A program made the position numbers and the translations under genes. From positions 1 to 64,000 of the forward strand of contig CM052816.1 of NCBI GenBank assembly GCA_028534125.1: a stretch of DNA of 64,000 nucleotides. Direction: 5' to 3'. The stretch is from Lama glama. Lineage: Eukaryota. Under the pieces are notes generated by a model, which did not search any database, was not told the DNA's origin, and was given only the letters and a program-made list of their open reading frames with translations. Positions 13,601 through 25,594 of the stretch are shown here, piece after piece. Numbering within the stretch: the stretch's first letter is position 1; each line of letters starts with the position of its first letter.

Positions 13601-13650
13601 TGCTGTGAACCTGAAACTGCTCTAAAAAAGAAAAGTTACTTTAAAAAAAA
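10645..13650 (+). mobile_element. Old LINE-1 (L1MC-like 3' end), internally deleted, interrupted at 12741-13440
   Basis: ORF2 RT fragments ([27 protein letters not shown]) and 3' UTR 'gtgaaccctaatgtaagctatggactttgggtgataatgatgtgtcaatgtagg...tgtgaacctgaaactgctctaaaaa', followed by an A-rich tail. Confidence 0.85.
12741..13440 (+). mobile_element. Young 5'-truncated lineage-specific L1 (ORF2 end plus 3' UTR)
   Basis: Encodes ...YIYTTEYYSAVK...LSEVSQKEKEKYHMRSLICGI*; AATAAA and poly(A) tail; TSD agtgaacc at 12733-12740 and 13441-13448. Confidence 0.92.
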
Positions 13651-13689
13651 AATAGGAAGGGAAGGAGAGAGGGAAGAAGGAAGGAAGGA

Positions 13690-14586
13690 AAGAAAGGAGT
13701 CTCTGGTCCAAGCAATACCAAAATCCAGCAGGACAAATTCTGTTCAGTTTCAAGACCTGAGAATAATCCTCTGTGATTCAAGGCTTTGCCCTCTGGGCCC
13801 AAGACTCCACTCTTGGAGTCATTCTTTCTCTTGAAGGACAGAACATGTCAGCAACTCATTAACTATCAGCCTGTTTCCTGCCTGTAGGATTTCAGAAGTC
13901 CAATAGCCCTTTCTCACTCCGTCTCTTTCTGTCTAAACTGGCAGTGTTTCTGCTGATTAACATTCTCCCAAAAACTTGTGGGTCTCCTGTGTTTGTCACG
14001 GAGATCCACACCGTCAGACAAGAAGGTCCTCCACAGATCTTTCCTGGGTACCCCATCTCTAGGCTGGCTTCTGCTGAGATGGTTGAGTGCGTCCATGAGA
14101 CACACCCTCAATCTCTTCAGCCACACTGTTGGCTTTCTCACCAGTGCACGCTTTGCTAACCACGAATCTCCCAATGGTAGCATCTTTTGCTATCCGAACA
14201 GGCTGAGAATTTCCCAAATCCTCAATTTCTCTCTTCCCTCTCAAATGTTACTTACACATGGCGAGGGAAACCAGGATACACCTTCAAAACTTTGCTTAGA
14301 AATCTCCTCTTGTTTGTTTACAAGTTCTGTGTAGAACACAGTCCGGCTGAGTTCTCTGCCACTTTACAAGTTTGCTCCAGTTTCCAATAACATGTTACTC
14401 ATTTCCTTCTGGGCACTCGCTGGCAGAGGTTTGCACATCCATATTTCTACCAATAGTCTCTCCAAGGCAGTTTAGGCTGCTTCTATCATGTGTCTCAAAA
14501 CTTTTCAAGCCACTACCTAATTCTAAAGCTACTTCCATATTTGCAAGCATCTATTGAATGGCACCCTGCCCCTGGGTAATAACATC
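13690..14586 (-). mobile_element. MLT1 internal region, part 2
   Basis: Resumes MLT1-int sequence after the L1 ('tctggtccaagcaataccaaaatccagcagg') and runs to the second LTR. Confidence 0.65.
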
Positions 14587-15160
14587 TGTATTCGTTTCCT
14601 GGGGCCACCATAACAAAGGACCACAAACTGGGTGGCTTGAAACAACAGAAATTCACTCTCTTACAGGTTTGGAGGCCAGAATTCTGAAATCATGGTGTTG
14701 GCTGGGCTGCATCTTCATCTGGGCTCATCTGGGGCTCTTCCGAGCACATCCAGTTTGTTGGCAGAACTGAGCTCCCTGCAACCGTGAGACTGAGGTCCCC
14801 ATTTCCTTCCTGGCTGTCAGCTGGGCCGCTCTGAGCCCTTCTGGGTCACCCCTGTTCCTTGCCCCATGGCTCCCTCCATCTTTACACTAGCAGCTGCCGG
14901 CCAAATCCTTTGCATGCTGTGAATCTAGGCCCCCCTTTCTGCAGCTAGCTGGAGAAAACTGCTTTTAAAGGGAGTCGTGTGATTAGGTCAGGCCCACCTG
15001 GATATCTCGCTGTCTTAAGGTCCACTGATCTGGGACCTTGATTCTGTTGGCAAAATCCCTTTGCAGCAGTACCTTATTTGCATTGGATTAAATAACTGGG
15101 AGAGACCGTGTGTACACCAGGGCAGGAATTTTGAGGGCATCTTGGGATCTGCCCTTCCCT
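14587..15160 (-). mobile_element. MLT1 LTR (second LTR of the element; distal part resembles another MLT1 subfamily)
   Basis: 'tgtattcgtttcctggggccaccataacaaaggaccacaaactgggtggcttgaaacaacagaaatt' parallels 9841 onward. Confidence 0.75.
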
Positions 15161-18100
15161 GTTTCCTTCATCTCAGGAAAGCTGTGACCATAGGGAGCCC
15201 TAGGCAGGCCCAGAGGTGATGCCGGAGCCCGTGTTAGGGTCTGGCTGCATCAGCTATAATCTCCTGTGGCCGGGCTCCTCCACCCTTCCAGTGAGGCCCA
15301 CCAGGGGTCAAGGGAGTACCATTTGTACCCAAAGGGCATGCCTGGCACACAGTTGGCACCAAACCCCGTTTAGAGTCGTGATTGCATAAGGTCCAGTCGG
15401 ATGGCATAGGGGAGGACCCCTGAGGGGTGTGCGGCTGGGAGAAGTTACTTTTTATTGCCCTAAACTTTGAAGCCCCCGGCTTGGGGGTGTCTCTGTGCAG
15501 GGAGGTATCTCGTGGAGTGATGGGAACAAAGAAGCAAAAACCAGAAGGCCTGGGACAGGGTCCTGGGGAGAGGAAGGCGTGGGAGTTCCTAGGGCCCCTT
15601 CCTGTAAGGAGGGCCCCATTCCCGGGCCAGGTAAGGTCCCCCAGGAAGATGTCAACTGTCCCTGTGGAAGGACTCCACGCTTGGTGCCCACCTCTGACCA
15701 GTCTCTTTCAGAACGAGGGCCAGGCACTCTGTGCATTTGTACGGCTGAATTCGCCGTATGTGCTGGGCATGACTCTCACCAAAAGCGGATGTTTATCTCC
15801 AGATGCCATCCCAGCGAGCACGTAGCCTGAATAAATAAATAAATTACACTGCCATTGCAGAGGAAAGCATGCCTGTGAGTATTGGCTTTCGTGATTTTCA
15901 AGGGAGAAAGTTCCAAAACAAAAATCTGCTTAGATTTGGGAATGATACCTCCTCCAAAGCTTAATTCTTTCCTTATGTTCAGAGTCTGATAAAAATGAGA
16001 TACAGATTGAGGCTCGTTTTAATGCGGCCCTGCTATCGGGATGGTGCTGAAACGATCAAGATACATTTTGTGCAGGAAGACGTATTCTGCTCATTCATTT
16101 GTTGAGCACGCTGGCTTCTGAGTGTGGACATGCCTGGGCCCCACCCTCAGGACCCCACCCTCCAGCCCCCCGGGAAGGTGTGAGAGTAAGTTGCTCGCCT
16201 CAGCGAGGCAGAAGGGGCTGGGCGGCAGGGGCCAGGCAGTAGTCAGAGGGCAGGGGACTGGCTCCTGGATGGGCCCAGTCCAGAGCTCAGGTGGCATCTC
16301 CCGGCAGCTAAAATCTGAAGAGTACGGAAGGCGGGAAGAGGGTGCACTCTGAGCGGTCTCTCTTTATTAGAGAGGTCTTCAGTAAGCACCAGGGCCAGGG
16401 GAGCGGAAGACCCGCACCCTCCAGACACCAGGCCTAGGCAGGGAGACACAGCGAAGCCCCGGGGGGGTGTTCTGGGAACCATAAGTGAGGTGATACAGCA
16501 GTACCGGCACACGCGGTGTCGCCTCCCAGGCAAGCACGGCTGCGCGCAGGCTGCCCACAGCTCGGGCAACCTTCAGCTGACCTTGGGGGGCTGCCAGCCC
16601 CTTGCTGAGGCTCCTACCTTCCAAGCAGACCCGTGGCCTCTTCACTCCCTAACCTCCTGCCCCTCAGCCCTCGGTCCCCAGGATTTGCACAGGAGACTGA
16701 CCAGGAGCCCTGTCCAGGGCTGACCTCTTTCCCTGCCAAGTCCAGGGCTAGGTTTGGTCAGGGGGCACATGCCTGGGGCTATCCAAGGTCACAGTGGGAG
16801 CAGCCTTGTGAGATAGAAGACGGAGGGCTGGTCTGGCTTCAGAACAGAGGATCCAGTCGGAGAGAATGTTCGGACCAGTAGCTCATCAGGCTCCCTTGGT
16901 GCTGTTGTGGGCTAGGAGCCTGGCCCAGGGTGTCGCGTGCCGGGACTAGGAGTTCTGCCTCCTGATGGGTGAGTCCACCCATGTCCTGTTCTGTTGTCGG
17001 GAAGTACTCCCATACCCTCCGCAAGATGCTATGCAGCCCTAGGCAGGGATGGTTCTGAGGCTGTCAGCTCCAAACTCTCTCCACCCACAGGACATTAGTT
17101 GCAGCGCCTGAATTAGGCGATGTGAGTATTCTCAGACAGGGTAGTTAAAGGAATGGTGTTCCTTTGGGTGACGTGCCAAAGCCACTTCGCAGCCACTACT
17201 CTCAGCTGCACATTGGCATCTTCTAGGGAGATGGAAACCTGTGTCTGGGGCAAACTCAGCAGGACTTGAGTTTGGTCTCCATGTGTGTGATCAACTTTGC
17301 TCCTTGCCCACTCCAGATCCAGCATATGGTGCACATGCTCTGTGTGGGCTCTAGCTTCCCATCCAAGTATGTGGCCTTGTCATGCAATGTTGAAGTCTTC
17401 CTTTTGGTGACAGCCAGGTTGTACTGGAACTAGGAGTCATCTTTCTCTTTTTCATTCTCTGTGCACTCCCTATGCAACAGTTAATTAGCACCACCTCAGG
17501 ACTGAGCACAACAGTGAATCCTTGTACTGCATCATGCCATCTGAGTGGCCCACCAGTGTAAGCCATGGGTCACAGCAACCAGTAACTATGGAAGGCCAGC
17601 AATCTGTGTCCTACCCACTGGACACTAAATAGAGTTGCTTTCACCAGGTTTTTGAGACACTATATGAACTTCTTACTCTTCTCCCGGTCTTCTGCCTCAG
17701 CCACAGGTCCTGGACATTTCACACCCCAGGGAGGAGCTTCCCAGGATGTGGGACTTTAGCATGAACACGAGGAAGGTGCTTCCAAATCCTGGGACCTGAG
17801 GGACCTTAGTGAATGTAGGGTCCACGTGGTCCCCCCTGCTGGAGAGGCACAGCGGTAAAGAAACTCATCAGCCAAAGTGGCTTCACAGTGTTCAAACCTC
17901 CCACCTGTGTTGCTCAAATAAGCAAGGCACACGGATCCTTGGTGGGGGCATCCTATACTAGTCTCCTGTGCTCTCCCAGCTCCGCTCCAGCAGCTTCCTC
18001 CCTCCGTGGGAGAGGGACCACCTGCTCATCAGAGGGCTCCAAGGGCTGGCTGGGAAGGGCATGGGATGCATGCTGCGGGGCTCCCTTTGGCTCATTGGCT

Positions 18101-19169
18101 GCTAGCTTTGAGGGGCCCACGTGACAGGGGCCCTGTTCCTGATGCACCGCTCACAGAAACTTGGGGTGAGCTCTGGCCTCTGGAAGGGCTGAGGAAGCTG
18201 GCTCAGACATGGAATTTCTCTTGGAAGGACAGGAACTGTGGTGCCCCAAGTTCTCTGCGGGCCAGCAGGAGTCCATGTTCCCCAGGATTGCCCCACCCTC
18301 CTGCCGCCCAGGGTAGGGTGCCACTCCTAGCTGGCCAGGCTTTGGCACCTGGGAGGCGGGGAGGTGCAATGAGACAGCTACACCAGCTCACCCAGGCCCA
18401 GGCTCCAGACGGGGATGGTGGCTTCCGCAGGCGGGCCCATACCCAGCTTCCCACCCCAAGGGGCAGAATTACCCTCACAGCCTCATCTCTCAGCCCACAT
18501 CCTCCCTGAGTGCAGTCAGTTCCTCCCCAGTTGCTGTTGGTCCCATTCCCCACTGCAGTGTATGCAGTGTCTTGTCACAGCCACAAGAAGGCTTTGGGCC
18601 AGCTTTCCGCTGAGGAAAGGGAGGCTGCTGTCCATCCTCCCTTCCTGAGCCTGGCTCATCTTCTCCTGTAGTGACGGATGACACTGCACAGGGCTGAGGG
18701 AGAGGCAGCTGAGGAGGATTTAGGATGAAGTGAGGCCCCTGGTTTAATCCCCACCCCCTGACTGAGGGAACAGAAGTTGAGGCCAGAGGGAGAGTGTTCC
18801 ATCCCCTAGGCTGCCCGGGGCCCCGCTGTAGTGAGAGCCAAAAACATACAGTCTTACCCTGAGATGGAGCACAGGGCAGACAATTTCTGAGTCCACCCTC
18901 TGGGAAGAACTATCCTGCCCAAGAGATCAGTCATTTCTCCCCAACTCCAGTCCTGTGTTTTTAGGTCTTTGCTGAAGGAGAACAAATAAGTTTCAAAAAG
19001 TTTAAGGAAATCAAGATTTTAAAGTAGAAAAATTCACAAGTAAAGAATCTGCAAATAATGAGGATCCACTATAATTAATGAAAATGCCAACCAATTAATT
19101 AATGGTTTGTGTTTACTTTCTCTAAAAAAGGATTGTGCTGGCTTAAAATAAAAATATTGTATATGCCAA

Positions 19170-21660
19170 AAAAGAAAAAACTATCAGCCAATATCGTTGA
19201 TGAGCACATATGCAAAAATCCTCAACAAAATATTAGCAAACAGAATCCAACCACACATAAAAAAGATCAAACACCATGATCAAGTTGGGTTCATCCCAGG
19301 GACACAAGGATGGTTCAACATATGCAAAGCAATCAAGGTAATATCACACACCAAGAGAAAGGACTAAAATTACATGATCATCTCAGTAGATGCAGAAAAA
19401 GCATTTGATAAAATTCAACATCCAATTATGATAAAATCTCTAACCCAAGAGGGTACAGAAATTAAAGATGACTTAAAGAAATGGAAAGATATCCCATGTT
19501 CTTGGATTGGAAGAATTAATATTGTTAAAATGGCCATACTACCTAAAGCAATCTACAAATATAATGGGATCCCTATCAAATTACCCAGGACGTTTTTCAC
19601 AGAACTGTAACAAATAATCCTAAAATTTGTACGGAATCACAAAAGACCCAGAATTGCCAAAGCAATACTGAAGAAAAAGAACAAAGCTGGAGGAATAACC
19701 CTCCTAGACTTCAGATGATACTATAAAGCTACATAATCAAAACAGCATGCTGTTGGTACAAAAACAGACATGTGGATCAATGGAACTGAATTGAGAGCCC
19801 AGCAATAAATCCACAAACTTTTGGTCGATTAATCTTTGATGAAGGAGGCAAGAACATACAATGGAGTAAAGCCAGTCTCTTCAGCAAATAGTGTTGGGAA
19901 AACTGGACAGCAGCATGTAAATCAATGAAGTTAGAACAGTCCCTCACACCATACACAAAAATAAACTCAAAAATGGCTTAAAGACTTAAACATAAGACAA
20001 GACACTATAAACCTCTTAGAAGGAAACATAGGCAAAACATTATCTGATATAAATCTCAGCAATGTTCTCCTAGGGCAGTCTACCCAGGCAGTAGATAAAA
20101 GAGCAAAAATAAATAAATGGAACCTAATTAAACTTATAAGCTTTTGCACAGCAAAGGAAACCATAAGCAAAACAAAAAGACAATCTATGGAATGGGAGAA
20201 AATATTTGCAAAAGATGAGACTGACAAGGGCTTAATTTCCAGAATGTATAAACAGATCATACAACTTAATAATGAAAAACAGACAACCCAATCCGAAAAT
20301 GGACTGAAGACCTAAACAAATTGTTCTCCAATGAAGCATACACATGGCCAATAGGCACATGAAAAAATGCTCAATATCGCTAATTATCAGAGAAATGCAA
20401 ATCAAAACTGCAATGAGGTATCACCTCACACCAGTCAGAATGGCCATCATTCAAAAGTCCACAAACGATAATTGCTGNNNNNNNNNNNNNNNNNNNNNNN
20501 NNNNNNNNNNNNNNNNNNNNNNNNNNNNNNNNNNNNNNNNNNNNNNNNNNNNNNNNNNNNNNNNNNNNNNNNNNNNNNNNNNNNNNNNNNNNNNNNNNNN
20601 NNNNNNNNNNNNNNNNNNNNNNNNNNNNNNNNNNNNNNNNNNNNNNNNNNNNNNNNNNNNNNNNNNNNNNNNNNNNNNNNNNNNNNNNNNNNNNNNNNNN
20701 NNNNNNNNNNNNNNNNNNNNNNNNNNNNNNNNNNNNNNNNNNNNNNNNNNNNNNNNNNNNNNNNNNNNNNNNNNNNNNNNNNNNNNNNNNNNNNNNNNNN
20801 NNNNNNNNNNNNNNNNNNNNNNNNNNNNNNNNNNNNNNNNNNNNNNNNNNNNNNNNNNNNNNNNNNNNNNNNNNNNNNNNNNNNNNNNNNNNNNNNNNNN
20901 NNNNNNNNNNNNNNNNNNNNNNNNNNNNNNNNNNNNNNNNNNNNNNNNNNNNNNNNNNNNNNNNNNNNNNNNNNNNNTGGAAAACAGTATGGAGATTCCT
21001 CAAAAGACTAGGAATAGACTTACCACATGATCCAGCAATCCCACTCCTGGGCATATATCCAGAGGGAACCTTAATGCAAAGAGATACATGCACCCCAATG
21101 TTCATAGCAGCACTATTTACAATAGCCAAGACATGGAAACAACCTAACTGCCCATCAACAGATGACTGGATAAAGAAGAAGTGGTATATTTATACAATGG
21201 AATACTACTCAGCCATAAAAAAGAATAAAATAATGCCATTTGCAGCAACATGGATGGATCTGGAGACTGTCATTCTAAGTGAAATAAGCCAGAAAGAGAA
21301 AGAAAAATACCATATGATATCACTTACATGTGGAATCTAAAAAAAAGACAAACTTATTTGCAAAACAGAAACAGACTCTCAGACATAAAGAACAAACTTG
21401 TGGTTACCAGAGGGGGAGGAGGGCGGGAGGGGATAAACTGGGAGGCTGAGATTTGCAGATACTGATATATATAGAATAGATAAACAAAAAGTTCGTACTG
21501 TAGAGCACAGGCAACTGTATTTGATCTCTTATAGTAACTTATGGTGAAAAAGAATATGAAAATGAATATATGTACGTTCATGTATGACTGAAGTATCGTG
21601 CTGTACACCAGAAATTGACACAGAATTGTAAATTGACTATACTTCAATAAAATACATATG
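19170..21660 (+). mobile_element. 5'-truncated lineage-specific L1 (ORF2 3' half plus 3' UTR), inactive, spanning an assembly gap
   Basis: ORF2 peptides [43 protein letters not shown] and [18 protein letters not shown]; 3' UTR ends 'gactatacttcaataaaa'. Confidence 0.93.
20478..20977. other. Assembly gap (500 N)
   Basis: Run of N. Confidence 1.
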
Positions 21661-22315
21661 CACACAGAGAAAAAAATACATGGATATGGAATGCTTAAAA
21701 CTAGAAAAAATGCTTAGGGAACTCTAACCATTTTGTGGAGGAGGGAACAAACTAGGAAACTGGGTGGAGTCACCTCGGGAAGCTGGGCCAATGCCCAATG
21801 GCCCTGTAAATGTGTGCTTGTGTCATATTTCCAGATGAATGTGGGCAGGCTGAGTTCACAGGAGAAACCAGTTTTTTTCCGTGCACCACCTTCCACGTGG
21901 AGCTGTTTGGGGTCCTTCTTTGAGGCAGAGGCAGGGCAGGTGCTAACTGCAGCTTGCAATTCTAGACCCTTCTGGTGTTTCCATGACCCACAACCAGTGA
22001 AACTAAATGTCTGCATAGATTAGGGATGGCTCCAGATTCCTTGCAAGTGTTGGGTGCTTCTTGCTGACTTTTATTATTTACAATTAAAAATGCAAGCAGC
22101 TGTGTTGAGCTTTGCAAGCCAAGTTTTCCTTCACTGGAGCTTCTGGATCAATTTAATTTAAAGGTGTCTTGATATTGCAAAGCAGGCTTAAAAACAAAAT
22201 ATTTCATTTGCTGCACAACCGACCAAATAAATGGTAGCTGATACTGACCATAAAACAGCCTCCTCCTTGATTACCTTCGTAAAAGTCACAGTTTAAACAT
22301 GTAGTAGTGTCCTCT

Positions 22316-23013
22316 GTAAAAAATTGCAGAACCGAAAAGTTGAGAGTTTTTTTTTTAAATTTTTAATTGAAGCATAGCCAATTTACAATATCATTAGTTT
22401 CTGGTGTACAGCACAGTGATTCAATTTTGCTTATATTATTTTTCATGTTCTTTTTCATTATAGGTTATTATAAGATATTAAATATAATTCCATCTGCTAA
22501 ACAGGATGCTAAACTTGTTGTTTATTTTATATAGAGACAGTTATGTTTTAGTTGGAGAACTTAAAGCTTGGGATGGCAGAGGCTGCTCCAAAGAGGGAGG
22601 GGAGGAGCCAGGATACGTAAGTGCCATTGCAACAAAGACCAGGTAGTCAGAACATCAAAAGATTACTGTTAATTAAAGAAAACCAGATAGCTCAAGTTAA
22701 GTAATTTAGTACATTTCTAGGTACAGGGAGATCCAAGATCTGGGCTCACCGAAACCATTCCTTTGATAAGCACCTTAGCCGTCTAGGGCCAGCATCCTGT
22801 GCTATCCAGCCTGCATCTTTTCAGGGGGCATCACTGCAGGCGGCTGCCATGGCTGAGGACTTGTCAGAGGGCAGCCTGCTCGTCTCCATCCTGAGCTCCC
22901 CCCAGCTCACCGCCGGAGGTGGGGAGCGGGGAGCGGCAGGGCGGCCACGGGGGCTGAAGACTTGGTGGCTGCATGTATAGTTTACTCATATGGCAGGCAG
23001 TACTATTCATCCA
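22316..23013 (-). mobile_element. ERV1 solo LTR (MER41-like), interrupted by a short L1 tail
   Basis: 'ggtagtcagaacatcaaaagattactgttaattaaagaaaaccagatagctcaagttaag...tctgggctcaccgaaaccattcctttgata' resemble cetartiodactyl MER41-type LTRs. Confidence 0.65.
22347..22530 (-). mobile_element. Short L1 3' UTR fragment
   Basis: Poly(T) followed by 'aattgaagcatagccaatttacaatatcattagtttctggtgtacagcacagtgattca', the reverse complement of the L1 tails elsewhere in the window. Confidence 0.8.
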
Positions 23014-23779
23014 CTGTAGCAAATGTATCATTAGACTGATTTGAAATCAAGCTTGAAAGCCGTGATCTCTCTGGGATTCTTCTTCAGTCGTAATTTTTAT
23101 CTTATTTATGAGTTGACCATTGAACACCAATTCCTATAATAATAGCTGGTCCTGGAGAACCATTTGCAGTGGTCACTATGCAGACACATGTTCACCAGGT
23201 GCCCAACGGGGTGGGAGCCTGTGTGCCTCCCCTCTGGAACTTTCCTTTTTAGTACGCCCTGGGGTGATATTCTCAAACCTATGTTAGTAGATACTCTTTG
23301 TGAAGGGAAGGAAGAGGAGAAATTAACGTTGGAAAACTTGTTTTCTTCTCTAGTTATTTTTTAATCTACAGAAGGCAAAGGAGGTTATTTGCAGGCAAAA
23401 CTCTGACTGCAGACACAGAGTTTGGGGGTCTCAAAGCCCACACTGCAAGAGCCATCAGGGGAACTGTGGCCACGCTCGCCCTGCGGAGCAATGCCCGCCC
23501 TGGGCTGCTGGCCAGCTTCATGCCTTTCTATGAAGTCAGGTGCATTTGTAACGTTGTGCAACATTTCTATATGTTCATTCAGGAATTCGTCCCACAAACT
23601 TCCTTCCCATGGAACTGGGCCCAGGAGGAGGAGGTCGTGTCTCAGTCACCTTTGGTGGCCACTCCGTGGAAGCGTGGCTGGGCTCCTGAAGCATGCGCCA
23701 TCCCACTAAAACCAATGTGGGAAAGTTGCTCTCGGACTTCGTCCCCCACCAACTCAGATGTAATTATGCAGTTATTTAT

Positions 23780-23996
23780 ACATATGTGAGTGTGTGTGCA
23801 CACACATAGGCAGACAGACATACAGATGCAGACAGACTGAAGCACATGCAAGGCACATGGAGACACACACACGTGGAGACCTGCAGTCCCACGCAGAAAC
23901 ATGCAGACACGTGGAAACACACGGACACATGGAAACATGAAGACACATGGAAACACGCAGGCACATGCAGACAGGCACACATACACAGGATACACT
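23780..23996. repeat. Degenerate CA-rich simple repeat
   Basis: Recurrent cacatgga / acacgtgga / catgcaga units. Confidence 0.85.
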
Positions 23997-25129
23997 CAAT
24001 GCACCTTGTGCCAAAAGGTTTTAGAACAGCTTCTAAAGGCTGCATAAAATATTTCAGAAAATAGATTAGTTACAAGAAGGAAAATCTGGGAAAAGGACAG
24101 TGATATCAGTGGAAGTAGGGATAAAAGCTAACAGAAGGTATAATGATGATAATGCAGTGACAGCTCTGACGTCACTCAGCATGTGCCGAGGCTGAGGGGT
24201 ATATGATCATCCTGCATTGCACAGGTGAGAGGTTGCATGCCCGGTTGCCTGTTCTGGGATCTTTGCATGGCATCACCATGTGAGGCACAGAACCCTGCAT
24301 CAGGTACCTCCCCCCATCAGGAACCCCTTGGAGCTGCATCTATGACCAGCACCAGGCGATGCCTGGCACACGTCAGTGCCTCTGAGTGACAGAACAGGCT
24401 TCCCTCCTGAGGCCTCTGTGGCTGTGCTCTGCTCCCACAGCCCGTGTCTGGTGTCTGTCATACCCCAGATGAATGCTATGGCTTTGGCATTTATAAGGGC
24501 CATAGCTGAATCATTGTGGGCTGTTCTCTTGGGGCCAGATACAGTTTGGAAATCAGAGAGGGTACTTTGAGGAGGGTTCGGGAAGCTCATGTCTGGACAC
24601 CCCCTGTGTCACCATCTCTGCCCTTTGTTTGTTCAGAGCAAGGACTGGCAGCCAAGAGACCTGTCCCAGCTGTGGCCATGGGGTCCCAGACACTTCCTTC
24701 CCTCTCTGGGCCTTTCCAGCTTGGCTCTCAAGTCAGTAAGGGCTGCTGCGTCTTGGGTCATTTAAGTGAGCTTGTTTTTTTCTGGTCAGGCAGCCTCTGC
24801 ATTCACATGGTAGGGACAGAAACCACACCTCAGAGCAGACCAGGTGCAAATTCTCAACTGATTAAATGCCATCTGGCAGCCTGGAAGAGCTAGAGGGGAC
24901 GAGAAGCAAAAACTCAGGTAAAACAGGATCCTTATGGGACAGATGCGTGATCAGGATCCTGCCAGCCTTTGTAGGACTCATATTGTCTGAGGGTCTCCTG
25001 TTTGTTTAAATCCTTGCCTGTCCCCACCCAGCAACTGGGGTGTAAAAGCCATAAAATCTAGGACTTTCTCCAAAATTATTGATGATTGAGCTGGAGGCTC
25101 CATCTCAGGTGCATGTTAAGGGCCTCATT

Positions 25130-25383
25130 TGGCAGCCTGAGTGAGGTGGAACCGCCCAAATAAGATGGAGCAGCAAAAGTGACAGGGAGCAGCTTGGGTG
25201 AGGTGGAGCAGCCTGGGTGAGGTGGAGCAGCCTGGATGAAATGAAGCAGCCCAGATAAGGTGGAGCAGCTCAGATGAGGTGGAGCAGCCTAGATAAGGTG
25301 GAGCAGCTCAGATGAGGTGGAGCAGCCCAGATAAGGTGGAGCAGCTCAGATGAGGTGGAGCAGCCCAGGTGAGGTGGAGCAGG
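25130..25383. repeat. 19-bp minisatellite (consensus about GGAGCAGCCCAGATGAGGT), roughly 10-12 copies
   Basis: Directly visible tandem units, most homogeneous at 25185-25383. Confidence 0.9.
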
Positions 25384-25594
25384 TAATGTACACATCATTC
25401 TCTGAGAAACAGCACGCTGGAGTTGGGTCACAGCTATGGCCTCCCAAGGGACAATTTGAAGGCTGTTCAGCTGTCACACTTGGTTGTTTCTGTCCAAGCC
25501 CCATCAACCACGAGTTTCCTTTAATGAGAACAGTGCAGATTGTATAAATCTTTCCCAGCCTCCCCAGTGGCTCTGCTGATTTTAATCTAGCTGA

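Noticed and set aside
17100..17700. Minus-strand stretch with protein-like fragments (EKEKDDS*FQYNLAVTK; MLDLEWARSKVD), possible decayed processed pseudogene
   Set aside because: Stops or frameshifts in all frames, no parent gene recognised, no poly(A) or TSD seen. A BLASTX search would settle it.
20344..21129. Long ORFs spanning N runs (also 44586-45137)
   Set aside because: Artefacts of translating gaps.
23385..23640. Minus-strand ORF 'SLWDEFLNEHIEMLHNVTNAPDFIERHE'
   Set aside because: No true ATG start, no convincing splice sites and no recognised family.
25130..25383. CRISPR-like periodicity (also 52215-52402)
   Set aside because: Head-to-tail units with no unique spacers, no cas genes and a mammalian context.
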